This document shows positions 53,277 through 62,927 of a stretch of 64,000 nt of DNA, piece after piece. How positions within the stretch are numbered: position 1 is the first letter of the stretch; the number at the start of each line of letters is the position of its first letter. The DNA lies in contig CAVXGR010000024.1 in the NCBI GenBank assembly GCA_963761335.1, positions 182,628-246,627 on the forward strand. Reading direction: 5' to 3'. The translations under genes were made by a program, and so were the position numbers. This DNA comes from an uncultured delta proteobacterium (GTDB taxonomy: Bacteria; Desulfobacterota; Binatia; HRBIN30; BPIQ01). The notes under the pieces were generated by a model, which was given only the letters and a program-made list of their open reading frames with translations, searched no databases and was not told the DNA's origin.

Positions 53277-55946
53277 TCACGCATCCGTCACGTCCACCGA
53301 CCCAATTTTCTGTCGCTCCGCCCGCATCGCCAAGAGCGCCGGGAGAACGATGAGATTGCACGCCATCATGATCACCATGCCGCAGACCAGCAGCATGCCC
53401 ATGCTGGCGATGCCGCGGTGGTGCGAGAAGGACAGGCTGCCGAAGCTGGCGATGGTGGTGACGGCGCTGAAGAAGACGGCGCGCGCCGTGGCCGCGTCGA
53501 TGGCGCTGCCCTCGGCGCCCCGCCGGCTGCGCCAGGCGTCGACGATGTGAATGCCGCTGTCCACGCCGATGCCGAGAAGAAGCGGCAGGACGATCACGTT
53601 GGCGAAGTTGAAGGGGATGTCGAGCGCCACGGTGAGGCCGCCGGTCAGCGCCGCTCCGAGAAGCAGAGGCGCCAACACGGACAGCGCGTCGACGGGGCGC
53701 CACCACAGCACCAGCAGGAGCGTGGCGATGGCGGCCAGGGCCAGAACCAGGGCCTTGCGCAGGGATGCCGCCGTGGCGCGGCCGAACGCCAGGATGTTCA
53801 CCGCCACGCCGGTGGCGTGGGGATCGACGCGCTGCACGCTGTCGACGAAGCGCTCCAGGGCGGCGGTGTCGCTCAGATCGTCGCGCGGAAAGATCTGCAC
53901 CCGGGCGTGGCCATCCGCGGCCAGCATGCGGTGGCGCAGGCTGGCGGGGAGATCGACGAGCGCAATCGGCGCCGGCTCGAGGGCGCGCCGCAGCCGCGCC
54001 ATCTGCTGGGGGAAGTTGCCGAGCAACAGCCTTTGTAGATCGGCGAGCGCGGCGGCGGAATCGGCGCCCTCGTCGAGACGCCGGAGGAAATCGCTCAGCT
54101 GCTGGCGCAGGCGCTCGGCGCTGCGGGCCAGGAGCGTCCGTCTGTGCGCCAGCCAGTCGGCGCCGAGGAGGTCGCGGAGCTCGCGCAGGGCGCGGATCTG
54201 GCTCGCGGTGCTCGGCGGCTCGGGGTGCGACTCGCCAGGAGGAACGTCCAGGAGAAGCGCCGCGTCGCTCAGCGCCGCGATCTTCTCCTGCTGATGGGAG
54301 GGCACGTAGTCGGCGACCGTGGTGGCGCTCTGCACGGAGTCGATGCGGCGCAGGCGTGCCGCCAGCGCCTCCGCTGCCGGCAGGTCCGCAGCCACGGCGT
54401 CGATCGACCACGGCGAGGTGAGGCTGTCCGCCAGCAGATCGTTGAACGCCTGCACCGACTCGGTGCGCGGATCGCGCATGGTGACGACATTGCAGTCGAA
54501 GCGCGCCCGTCGCAGGCTGAAGACCGCCACGGTACCCAGGGCGAGCGCCACCAGGAGCACCGCCGCCGGGTGTCGGGAGGTGCCCCGCGGCAGCAGACCG
54601 AGCGGCCTGGCCTCCTGGAGCCGGCGCGCCTGCTCCTCTCTCAGAAGCAGCGACACCAGCGCCGGAAAGAGGGTCAGGGTGAGCGTCAGGATGACGAACA
54701 TGCCGCCGCCCGAGATCAGTCCGAGCTCCGCCACGCCGCGGTATTCCGTCGGTACGAAGGCGAAGAAGCCGATCGCCGTGGTCAGGGCGCAGAGCGCCAG
54801 CGCCGTGCCGATGCGCCGCGCCGCCGATTCCATCGCCGCCGGAGGGCGAAGGCCGGTGCGCAGGTCGTGAACGAAGTGCATGCCGAGGTGAATGGCGAAA
54901 TCGACACCGAGACCGATGAAGAGCACGCCAAAGGCGATCGAGACCAGGTTCAGCTGACCGACTGTCGCCGCGGCAAAGGCCGCGGTGGCGACCATGCCGG
55001 CGAGCAGGGTGAGAGCGGCGGCGGCCACCAGGCGGAGAGAGTGCAGCGCCAGATAGAGGAGCAGGGTCACCAGGGCAAAGGAGACCAGCCCCGAGATGCC
55101 GACGTCCCAGGCGAGGTTGATCATCTCCTCGTAGCTGAGCGCCGGGTTGCCGGTGATGCGCACGCGGATGCCGCGCGCCGCAACCAGATCGAGCTGGCGC
55201 GCTGCGGTGCGAATGGCATCGAGGGCGCGCGCCCCGGCCAGCGGCTGTCCGAACTCGAGGACCGGCTCGAGGACGAGCACCTGGCGCGTCCCCGGGTCGA
55301 GGGCGGAGCCGGCGAGCATGATCTGCTCCCAGGAGACCGCGACCGGATAGTCGCGGAAGACCTCCACCGTGGCCCGGCCGACGCGGTCGAGGACGGCCGG
55401 CCACTGCGCCGCGGCGTCGCCGCCGTCGCGTTCCGCGTCCAGCCCCTGGGCGATCAGGCCCGTCAGGCTGGCGATGCTGGGGTCCCGAATCAGCTGCGCG
55501 ATCACCGGCTGCAAGGTGGCCAGGTGGTCGGTCAGGTCGTCGATCTCGTCGAGGCTGCGGTAGAGCAGGCCGCGCTCCTCGAAGAAGGGGTCGCCACCGG
55601 GTAGGTACACGTCGCGGAAGACCTCGCGCTCCTCGGCCAGGTGCTCCGCCAGTGTCTTCGCCGCGGCGCGCGCCGCCTCGGGAGTGGCGGCGTCGACGAC
55701 CACCAGCAGGGCATCGTCGAGCGGCGGGAAGTAGCGGCGGAACTCCGCCGCGTCGCGCTGAAATGGCAGATCGGGATCGAGCAGGCGTTTGTTGTCGGCA
55801 TTTACCCCGAGGTGCGTCGCCGCGTACCACCCGAGGCCGACGACAGCGACCATCGCCAGCGACACCACCATCCGGGCGTGGCGCTGCGAGGCGCGCACGC
55901 ACCGGGCGACAGCAGCTCCGAGCTGCTCGTCAAATCCGCGCTTCAT
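53277..55946 (-). CDS. Hopanoid-associated MMPL/RND transporter (HpnN-like)
   Basis: FFEERGLLY, LNLVSIAFGVLFIGLGVDFAIH, GVAELG, FNFANVIVLPLLLGIGVD, SHHRGIASMG. Confidence 0.88.
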   Translation of the reverse strand: MKRGFDEQLGAAVARCVRASQRHARMVVSLAMVAVVGLGWYAATHLGVNADNKRLLDPDLPFQRDAAEFRRYFPPLDDALLVVVDAATPEAARAAAKTLAEHLAEEREVFRDVYLPGGDPFFEERGLLYRSLDEIDDLTDHLATLQPVIAQLIRDPSIASLTGLIAQGLDAERDGGDAAAQWPAVLDRVGRATVEVFRDYPVAVSWEQIMLAGSALDPGTRQVLVLEPVLEFGQPLAGARALDAIRTAARQLDLVAARGIRVRITGNPALSYEEMINLAWDVGISGLVSFALVTLLLYLALHSLRLVAAAALTLLAGMVATAAFAAATVGQLNLVSIAFGVLFIGLGVDFAIHLGMHFVHDLRTGLRPPAAMESAARRIGTALALCALTTAIGFFAFVPTEYRGVAELGLISGGGMFVILTLTLTLFPALVSLLLREEQARRLQEARPLGLLPRGTSRHPAAVLLVALALGTVAVFSLRRARFDCNVVTMRDPRTESVQAFNDLLADSLTSPWSIDAVAADLPAAEALAARLRRIDSVQSATTVADYVPSHQQEKIAALSDAALLLDVPPGESHPEPPSTASQIRALRELRDLLGADWLAHRRTLLARSAERLRQQLSDFLRRLDEGADSAAALADLQRLLLGNFPQQMARLRRALEPAPIALVDLPASLRHRMLAADGHARVQIFPRDDLSDTAALERFVDSVQRVDPHATGVAVNILAFGRATAASLRKALVLALAAIATLLLVLWWRPVDALSVLAPLLLGAALTGGLTVALDIPFNFANVIVLPLLLGIGVDSGIHIVDAWRSRRGAEGSAIDAATARAVFFSAVTTIASFGSLSFSHHRGIASMGMLLVCGMVIMMACNLIVLPALLAMRAERQKIGSVDVTDA

Positions 55947-56052
55947 CGACACGAAGCGGGCCGCTCGCTCGACCGACGGCGGGGCAGGGGCTCATCGGAT
56001 CCATAGTGGCAGATGCGGACGGGCGCAGCCAGTTGCCGGGACGGCTGGAGGA

Positions 56053-56102
56053 GTAGAAGCGGCGTCTCGCCGCTTTCGGAAGCGCCGGGGCGGCGCTTCT
56101 AC
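56053..56102. repeat. GTAG-type REP doublet, family B copy 2
   Basis: GTAGAAGCGGCGTCTCGCCGCTTTCGGAAGCGCCGGGGCGGCGCTTCTAC. Confidence 0.82.
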
Positions 56103-56238
56103 TTCGGCTTGAGCCACCCCCGTCAAATCGCCTGGCAAACTCCGGCGTTATGCGCTAATGGAAGAAGTTGCGTTCTGCGCCGTGGGGCACGTGAGACATT
56201 GCGCAGTCGTGCGGTGGAGAGGAGGGGAGCGAAGGCGA

Positions 56239-57042
56239 ATGTCCCGAGTCCAGAGTCTGATCGTCGGCCTATTTCTGCTTGCGGCCCTGACCGCTGCCGG
56301 CCCCGCGAGCGCCGCCACCACCACCGTGGTGAGCACCCCCGGCGATCCCCTCTTCGACGAGATTGGCGCGGATCTCGACAAGCAGGGCCAGGGCTTTTCG
56401 GATCCTCTCGAGGGAATCAATCGGCAGATCCACGGCCTCAATCAGGCGATGGACCGCTGGGCGCTGAACCCGATCGCCAGCGCCTACCGCTGGGCGGTAC
56501 CGGAGGTGGGACGGCGCGCCGTCCGCCACGTGCTCACCAATCTCAACAGCCCGGCGACGCTGGTGAACGACATCCTGCAGCTGCAGATCCGCAATGCCGC
56601 CGTGACCACGGTGCGCTTCGTGGTGAACACCAGCGCCGGGCTCGCCGGCCTCTTCGACGTCGGCGAACGCCTCGGCCTGCCCGGGCACGAGGCCGATTTC
56701 GGGCAGACGCTGGCGGGATACGGAGTCGGCAGCGGTCCGTTCCTGGTGCTGCCGGTGCTCGGCCCGACCACCCTCCGCGATGGCACCGGGCGTCTCGTCG
56801 ATGTCCTCTTCAGCCCCACGACCTACCTGCTCGGCGGCTCGGACCAGGTCATGGCGACGATGATTCGAGGCAGCAGCTCCGGGCTGGCGGAGCTCGACCG
56901 CAACGCCGACAACCTGCAGATGCTGAGAGAATCGTCGGTGGACTTCTACGCGGCGCAGCGCAGCGCCTACTACCAGTACCGCACGGCGGAGCTCCGCTCC
57001 CGCGAGGAGGCGGCCGACCGCCCGCTGCTCGCGTCTCGCTGA
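56239..57042 (+). CDS. MlaA/VacJ family protein
   Basis: DPLEGINR, RFVVNTSAGLAGLFDV, DFGQTL, GPFLVLPVLGPTTLRD. Confidence 0.92.
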   Translation: MSRVQSLIVGLFLLAALTAAGPASAATTTVVSTPGDPLFDEIGADLDKQGQGFSDPLEGINRQIHGLNQAMDRWALNPIASAYRWAVPEVGRRAVRHVLTNLNSPATLVNDILQLQIRNAAVTTVRFVVNTSAGLAGLFDVGERLGLPGHEADFGQTLAGYGVGSGPFLVLPVLGPTTLRDGTGRLVDVLFSPTTYLLGGSDQVMATMIRGSSSGLAELDRNADNLQMLRESSVDFYAAQRSAYYQYRTAELRSREEAADRPLLASR

Positions 57043-57043
57043 A

Positions 57044-57652
57044 TCAGCGGGCCTCGCTATTCCCCGCGGCGAGCGCGGCGATCCTGCGGCGAACCGCGGC
57101 CAGCAGCTCCTCGAAGCCCTGCCGCTTGAGCACCGAGGCGAACTCGGAACGGCGCAGCGCCACCTCACTGACGCTGCCCTTCAGGTACACGTCGATCACC
57201 TTCCAGCGGCCGTCGATCTGCCGGAGCCGATAGGTCAGATCCACGGGCTCCGCCCCGGGCTCGATGACGCGGCTGCGCACGGTCACCGTATCGTGCGCGG
57301 CGGGCTGCTCGCCGGACACCTCGAAGTGCTGCCCCGCGGAGCGGTTGAAGCGGCTGGCATAGGTCGCGGTGGTGAGCTCGCGAAAGGAAGCCACCCAGCG
57401 CTGTTGATCCGCGGAGCTGAGCTCGTTCCACTGCCGTCCCACCGCCTGCCGCGCCATGAAGCCGAAATCGAAGGCGCCGTCGAGGATCGGCGCCAGCTGC
57501 TGATAGCGCGCCGCGTAGTCGAGGTGATCCGCCTGATGGAGAACGTCCTCGAGGCCGTTGCTGAGCGTGCGCACGACGTCCACCGAGCCGCTGGCCGCGG
57601 CGATCGCCGGCGCGGTCAGGACCGCAAGCAGAACGGTGCGCACCCAGAGCAT
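57044..57652 (-). CDS. MlaC/HpnM family periplasmic lipid-binding protein
   Basis: FDFGFMARQAVGRQW, YASRF, YRL..WKVIDVY..GSVSEVALRRSEF. Confidence 0.9.
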   Translation of the reverse strand: MLWVRTVLLAVLTAPAIAAASGSVDVVRTLSNGLEDVLHQADHLDYAARYQQLAPILDGAFDFGFMARQAVGRQWNELSSADQQRWVASFRELTTATYASRFNRSAGQHFEVSGEQPAAHDTVTVRSRVIEPGAEPVDLTYRLRQIDGRWKVIDVYLKGSVSEVALRRSEFASVLKRQGFEELLAAVRRRIAALAAGNSEAR

Positions 57653-57737
57653 GCGCGGTGATACCGATCTCGGCCGTGTCTTTCAACGCGCTGGGGCAAG
57701 CTAGCCACAGGGAGAGGAGTCTGGCACAAAGGGGAGG

Positions 57738-59246
57738 ATGGAACACCGCGATGTGATCATCGTCGGGGCGGGCCTTTCGGGGGTGGGGGCCGCCGTTCAC
57801 ATCCACGAGAGGTGCCCGCGCAAGAGCTACCTCCTCCTCGAGGGGCGGCCGTCCATGGGCGGGACATGGGACCTCTTCCGCTATCCGGGCGTGCGCTCCG
57901 ACAGCGACATGCACACCCTCGGCTACCGCTTCAAGCCGTGGCGCGAGGCCAAGGCGATTGCGGATGGATCTTCCATCCTGCGCTACATTCGCGAGACGGC
58001 GGCCGAGTACGGCGTCGAACGCCATATCCGCTTCGACCACCAGGCGCTGCGGGCGGAGTGGTCCAGCGCCGACGCCGCCTGGACGGTGGAAGTGCTGCGC
58101 AAAGACACCGGCGAGACGGCGCGCTTCAGCTGCAACTTCCTCTACCTGTGCGCCGGCTACTACAGCTATCGGGAGGGGTACACCCCCGAGTTCCCCGGGA
58201 GGGAGAGCTTCCGCGGCACCATCGTCCATCCGCAGCAGTGGCCGGAGGATCTGCGCTACGCGGGCAAGAACGTGGTGGTCATCGGCTCGGGCGCCACGGC
58301 CATGACCCTGGTGCCGGCGATGGCGCCGGACGTCGCCCACGTCGTCATGCTGCAGCGCTCGCCGACGTACGTGGTGTCGCGCCCCGACCGCGACGTGATC
58401 GCCAACGGGCTGCGCAAGATCCTCCCGGAGCGATGGGCATACGCCATCACGCGGTGGAAAAACGTGGCCCTGCAGCAGTTCCTCTACGGCCGCACGCGGA
58501 GGCAACCGGAAAAGGTCAGGGCCTGGCTCCTCGACATGGTGCGCAAGGAGCTCGGCCCGGACTACGACGTCGAGACCCACTTCACGCCCCGGTACAATCC
58601 GTGGGACCAGCGCCTGTGCCTGGTGCCCAACAGCGATCTCTTCAAGGCGATCCGCTCCGGCAAGGCGTCGGTGGTCACCGACCGCATCGAACGGTTCACG
58701 GAGCGCGGCATTCTTCTCGCGTCCGGCCAGGAGCTCGCCGCCGACATCATCGTCACCGCCACCGGCCTCAATCTCGTCGTGCTCGGCGAGATGCGCTTCG
58801 CCGTCGACGGTGCCCTCGTCGATTTCGCCGAGACCTGGACCTACAAGGGCATGATGTACTCCGGCGTGCCGAATCTCATCTCCACCTTTGGCTATATCAA
58901 CGCTTCCTGGACGCTGCGCGCCGACCTCACCGCGGAATATGTCTGCCGTCTCCTGAACCACATGGACGAGATCGGAGCGCGCCGGGTGGTGCCGCAGCTC
59001 CGCGCCGAGGACCGGGACATGCCGGCGCGCCCGTGGATCGACCAGTTCACGTCCGGCTACATGCAGCGCGCCATGCACCTCTTCCCCAAGCAGGGCGACC
59101 GCGAGCCGTGGATCAATCCGCAGAACTACGGCCGTGACAAGAAGATGATCCGCTTCGGTCCCATCGAGGACGGCGCCCTCGTCTTCGGCGATCCGGCTGC
59201 GAACGAAAGGCGCGGGCGAGTGGCTCTACACGCCGTGCGCGCCTAG
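57738..59246 (+). CDS. Baeyer-Villiger-type flavin monooxygenase (EthA-like)
   Basis: GAGLSG, GGTWDLFRYPGVRSDSD, FRGTIVHPQQWP, GSGATA, PWDQRLC, TATG. Confidence 0.93.
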   Translation: MEHRDVIIVGAGLSGVGAAVHIHERCPRKSYLLLEGRPSMGGTWDLFRYPGVRSDSDMHTLGYRFKPWREAKAIADGSSILRYIRETAAEYGVERHIRFDHQALRAEWSSADAAWTVEVLRKDTGETARFSCNFLYLCAGYYSYREGYTPEFPGRESFRGTIVHPQQWPEDLRYAGKNVVVIGSGATAMTLVPAMAPDVAHVVMLQRSPTYVVSRPDRDVIANGLRKILPERWAYAITRWKNVALQQFLYGRTRRQPEKVRAWLLDMVRKELGPDYDVETHFTPRYNPWDQRLCLVPNSDLFKAIRSGKASVVTDRIERFTERGILLASGQELAADIIVTATGLNLVVLGEMRFAVDGALVDFAETWTYKGMMYSGVPNLISTFGYINASWTLRADLTAEYVCRLLNHMDEIGARRVVPQLRAEDRDMPARPWIDQFTSGYMQRAMHLFPKQGDREPWINPQNYGRDKKMIRFGPIEDGALVFGDPAANERRGRVALHAVRA

Positions 59247-59277
59247 CATCGCGGACTTGTCCCGAGAGGAACCCCCA

Positions 59278-60918
59278 ATGACGACGACAAACACCTCGAC
59301 CGAGCTCCGTTTCGAGCCGCCAGGGCCGGGATCGTGGTCGCAGGACCCCGTGCATTTCCCGCGCCCGATGACGCGCTACTTCCAGGAGACGCATCCCCCT
59401 TCCTTCAGGAGGGGCACCAACGACTTCGCCCGCTTCTACGGGATGCTGATCGACGGCCTCCAGATCGCCTATGTGAACGGCTTCGCCTACAACCAGGTGC
59501 TGCCGGCTCCGGAGGCCGAGCTCCCCGAGCGCTTTCAGCGCGCTGAGCAAGTCTTCGCGCAGAAGCTCTGGCGGGAGCAGCTTCGCGACTGGGACGAGAA
59601 TCGCAAACCATCCTCCATCGCCACGGACCGGGAGCTGCAGGCCGTCAATCCGGATGCCCTCTCCGACGCAGAGCTGGTTACCTATCTGAGGCGCTGCCGC
59701 GACCACCATTCGGCCATGATTGCCCAGCACATGCGCTTCACGGCCGGAGCCATGATCCCAACCGGGGACTTCCTCGCACACGTTGGGGATTGGACGGGTC
59801 TGCCGCCGTCGGATCTGCTGGGCCTGATGCGCGGTTCGGCAGAGGTGTCCGCGGGTGGCTCCGACGAGATGGAGCGCCTGAAGGCGGCCTTCGCCCAGGA
59901 CCCCGCGGCGTGTCAGCTTCTCGCATCCGGCGGCGACCCCGCCCAGGTGCTCGCGAGCCTGCGCTCCCTCGCGGGCGAAGCAGGCGCGGCGGTCTCCGGC
60001 TACCTCGACCTGGTCGGCAACCGCCTCATCGACGGCTTCGACATCGCCGAGCCGTCGGCGCTCGAGTTGCCGGACGCACTGCTCAGGTCAATTCGCATCG
60101 CCGTTTCCGGAGAAGCCCAGGCCGCCTCGGACGTCGATGCCCGTATTGCCGAGGTCCGCGCCCAGGTCCCTGCGACGCACCAGGCCGAGTTCGACGAGCT
60201 GCTCGGCGAGGCCCGCCTCATGTACCGTCTGCGCGACGAGCGTGGCGTCTACAGCGACATCTGGGCCTCGGGCCTCATGCGGCGCGCCGCGCTTGCGGCC
60301 GGCCGGCGGGTCGCGAGTCGCGGCCGCATCGTCACTCCGCCGCAGATGTTGGAGGCCAGCCTCGACGAGATGTGCGCGCTGGTGGTCGGCAGCGGTGGGC
60401 CATCCGCGGACGAGCTCGGCAAGCGCGCTGCATACCGCGCCACCTACACCGCCAAAGACGCACCGCCGTTCCTCGGCCCGCCCGCACCGCCTCCGCCGGA
60501 CCTCGCGGCACTGCCCCCATCGGTCGGCCGCCTCATGCGCGCGACCTTCATCTCCTTGGGCCATCTCTTCGGAAGCTCCGAGACGCAGAACGAAGAAAAG
60601 GTCCTCTACGGTCTCGCGGCGAGCAAGGGGGTCTACGAAGGGCCGGCGCGCCGGGTCTCCGGCCCCTCCGAGTTCGGCCGCATCGCCAAGGGTGACGTAC
60701 TGGTCACCGAGTCGACGAGCGAGGCCTTCAATATCCTCCTGCCGCTCCTCGGCGGGATCGTCACCGACAACGGCGGCCTCCTCTCGCATGCGGCGATCGT
60801 CTCGCGCGAGTACGGCATCCCCGGCGTCGTCGGCACGCGCGAGGCGACCGAACGCATCGCCGACGGCGTCCTCGTACGCGTCGACGGGGATGCCGGCGAG
60901 GTCACGGTGCTTGGGTGA
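59278..60918 (+). CDS. PEP-utilising-enzyme family subunit: substrate-binding domain + phospho-His swivel domain
   Basis: W..DPVHFPRP N-terminus; C-terminal GLAASKG..EGPAR, GDVLVT, GGLLSHAAIVSREYGIPGVVG, VDGDAGEV. Confidence 0.88.
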   Translation: MTTTNTSTELRFEPPGPGSWSQDPVHFPRPMTRYFQETHPPSFRRGTNDFARFYGMLIDGLQIAYVNGFAYNQVLPAPEAELPERFQRAEQVFAQKLWREQLRDWDENRKPSSIATDRELQAVNPDALSDAELVTYLRRCRDHHSAMIAQHMRFTAGAMIPTGDFLAHVGDWTGLPPSDLLGLMRGSAEVSAGGSDEMERLKAAFAQDPAACQLLASGGDPAQVLASLRSLAGEAGAAVSGYLDLVGNRLIDGFDIAEPSALELPDALLRSIRIAVSGEAQAASDVDARIAEVRAQVPATHQAEFDELLGEARLMYRLRDERGVYSDIWASGLMRRAALAAGRRVASRGRIVTPPQMLEASLDEMCALVVGSGGPSADELGKRAAYRATYTAKDAPPFLGPPAPPPPDLAALPPSVGRLMRATFISLGHLFGSSETQNEEKVLYGLAASKGVYEGPARRVSGPSEFGRIAKGDVLVTESTSEAFNILLPLLGGIVTDNGGLLSHAAIVSREYGIPGVVGTREATERIADGVLVRVDGDAGEVTVLG

Positions 60919-62168
60919 AGAAGGTCGTCCCCTTCGCCAAGGCGCGCGAGACATCGCTCTACGGATCGAAGGCCGTTGGGCTCGGCGACGCGGCGCGCCA
61001 GGGCCTCGCGGTCCCGCCCGGGGTGGCGCTCTCGGGCGACTTGGTCGAGGCCGTCGCCTCGGGGGACGACAAGGCCATTGAGAAGGTGGCGAAGGCCATT
61101 GCCGCCTTGCCGCCCCCATTCGCCGTGCGCTCGTCCGCGGTCGACGAGGACAGCGCCGCGGCGAGCTTTGCCGGCCAGCACCTCACCGTGCTCAACGTCC
61201 ATTCGGCGGCCGATGTCCCCGGCGCCGTCCGCGAAGTCTGGTGGTCTGCGAACTCGGACTCGGCGATCACCTACCGCCAGCGTGTCGGCCTGTTCACCCG
61301 GCCGAGCGTCGGCGTCGTCGTGCAGACGCTGCTCAATCCCACCGTGGCCGGGGTCATGTTCACCGAGCACCCGGTCAGCGGCGCCGATGAGCGCCTGATC
61401 GAAGCCAGTTGGGGCCTCGGTGAAGCGGTGGTCGCCGGCCTCGTCGTCCCGGACCACTTCCGTCTCGAGCGCTCCGGCCAGGTGCTGGAGCGCAAGGTGG
61501 GGCGCAAGCGCATCGCCATCCGCTCGCTGCCCAACGGGGGCACCTTCGAGCAGCAGGTGCCGCCGGCGCAGGTGAGCCAGCTCTGCCTCGACGACGCCCA
61601 GCTGGCGGCCCTGGGCGAGCTCGCCCTGCAGTGCGAGAAGGTCTACGGCCCGCGGCGCGACATCGAGTGGGCGTTCCAGGACGGAACGCTCTACCTTCTC
61701 CAGTGCCGCGCCGTCACCACCGGGAAGGAGCGCAGCGACGCACCGCCACCCGGCCCGCCGCTGCGCGACCCCGTGGCCGCCCTCCGGCGCGTGCAGCTCT
61801 TCGCCGACATGGACCGGAGGCAGAACGAGCAGATCGCCCGTCTGCTCAAGGAGCGCCCCTTCGCGAAGGGAGAAACCGTCATCATGGAGGGCTCCGGGGG
61901 CGCCGCCTTCTTCCTCATCGACTCCGGGGAGGCCACGGTCTCGCACAAGGGCGTCGACCTCGCCAAGCTCGGCCCGGGCGACTACTTCGGCGAGACCGCC
62001 CTGATCGACGGCGGTCCGCGGACGGCCACGGTGACCGCGGCGACCGACATGGTCTGCTACGGCCTCACCTTCTGGGAGTTCCGCCCGCTGGTGGAACGGA
62101 ACGGCGCCATCGCCTGGAAGCTCCTGCAGGCGCTGGCGAAGCGCTTGCGGGAAAGCGAGCCGGGCTAG
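60915..62168 (+). CDS. PPDK/PEP-synthase ATP-grasp domain fused to cyclic-nucleotide-binding domain
   Basis: GSKA, AVRSSAVDED..SFAGQ, GLGEAVV, DIEWA, LLQCRAVT; then EGSG..FFLIDSG, GDYFGETALIDGGPRTATV. Confidence 0.9.
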   Translation: MKKVVPFAKARETSLYGSKAVGLGDAARQGLAVPPGVALSGDLVEAVASGDDKAIEKVAKAIAALPPPFAVRSSAVDEDSAAASFAGQHLTVLNVHSAADVPGAVREVWWSANSDSAITYRQRVGLFTRPSVGVVVQTLLNPTVAGVMFTEHPVSGADERLIEASWGLGEAVVAGLVVPDHFRLERSGQVLERKVGRKRIAIRSLPNGGTFEQQVPPAQVSQLCLDDAQLAALGELALQCEKVYGPRRDIEWAFQDGTLYLLQCRAVTTGKERSDAPPPGPPLRDPVAALRRVQLFADMDRRQNEQIARLLKERPFAKGETVIMEGSGGAAFFLIDSGEATVSHKGVDLAKLGPGDYFGETALIDGGPRTATVTAATDMVCYGLTFWEFRPLVERNGAIAWKLLQALAKRLRESEPG

Positions 62169-62175
62169 CTCCGGG

Positions 62176-62457
62176 CTAGCTCGGGCGTTCCGGCGTGCGC
62201 CGTAGCTCCGCGAGCTTCTCGGCGAGGAGCATCTTCAGCAGCGACTGATACGGAACGTCTCGGTCCTTTGCCAACACTCGCAACTCTTGGAACATCCGAC
62301 GAGGGAGGCGAATGGTCACCGAGCGAGTCGGCCGCTCCACTTCGGGGTCGAACTCGATTCGCACCCCGGGTCGCTGCCAATCAATCACCTCCGCGCTGTC
62401 GTGGGTCAGCCAGTAATCGGCGACTTCAGCTTCGCTGTATCTTTTTCCCTTCTTCAT
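62176..62457 (-). CDS. BrnA/CopG-like antitoxin
   Basis: EVADYWLTHDS...VTIRLP..LRVLA..DVPYQSLLK. Confidence 0.85.
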   Translation of the reverse strand: MKKGKRYSEAEVADYWLTHDSAEVIDWQRPGVRIEFDPEVERPTRSVTIRLPRRMFQELRVLAKDRDVPYQSLLKMLLAEKLAELRRTPERPS

Positions 62458-62737
62458 GGATCACTCGCTCCTGACGGCTCATTGGGCGCGCCGAGATCAC
62501 CCGCACCCGGTTGCGGCGGATGGTAAACGATACGAAGAGCCTTCGGCCTTCGTTCGTCATTCCCAGAGCGACATACCGTTGCTCCTGGTCGGAATGGAGA
62601 GCGTCGACTTGGCAAAGCGGCCCGCTCAACAACACTTCTTCCGCCTCGGCCGCTGCAACCCCGTGCTTTAGCTCCGACTTGCGCCAGTTCGCGGCATCCC
62701 ATTCGAACCCTTTGAGGCCCCGAACGACCAGCTTCAC
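62426..62737 (-). CDS. BrnT-family ribonuclease toxin
   Basis: GFEWD..N..K..KHGV..EAEEV, RY..LG.T, FTIR...RVISARPM...ER. Confidence 0.9.
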   Translation of the reverse strand: MKLVVRGLKGFEWDAANWRKSELKHGVAAAEAEEVLLSGPLCQVDALHSDQEQRYVALGMTNEGRRLFVSFTIRRNRVRVISARPMSRQERVIHEEGKKIQRS

Positions 62738-62743
62738 CGCTGG

Positions 62744-62780
62744 AGAATAGCCTTTCGGTCGTACATGTTCAATATGTACG
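62744..62780 (-). promoter_or_regulatory. TA promoter with overlapping palindromic operator
   Basis: Minus strand TTGAAC-N17-TATTCT 6 nt before GTG; palindrome CGTACAT-N7-ATGTACG (62760-62780) straddles -35. Confidence 0.72.
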
Positions 62781-62787
62781 TTTGCGC

Positions 62788-62877
62788 GGTGAACGAGCTC
62801 TGCCTCGACGACGCCGAGCTCGCGGCCCTGGGTGAGCTCGCCCTGCAGTGCGAGAAGGTCTACGGCCTGCGGCGCGA
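62788..62877 (+). pseudogene. 90-bp duplicated fragment of the ATP-grasp gene
   Basis: 84/90 identity to 61571-61660. Confidence 0.85.
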
Positions 62878-62927
62878 AGCGGTTGCGGAACGCCGACCCG
62901 AGCTAGTGTTCCCCACGCCGCCAAAGG

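Noticed and set aside
51649..55902. 1417-aa minus-strand ORF
   Set aside because: Arg/Pro/Gly-rich alternative frame overlapping the HpnN-like and MBL-fold genes.
59278..62168. Calling the pair PEP synthase (ppsA) or rifamycin phosphotransferase (rph)
   Set aside because: No pyruvate-binding domain, and the split order plus cNMP fusion differ from RPH; substrate cannot be assigned from sequence.
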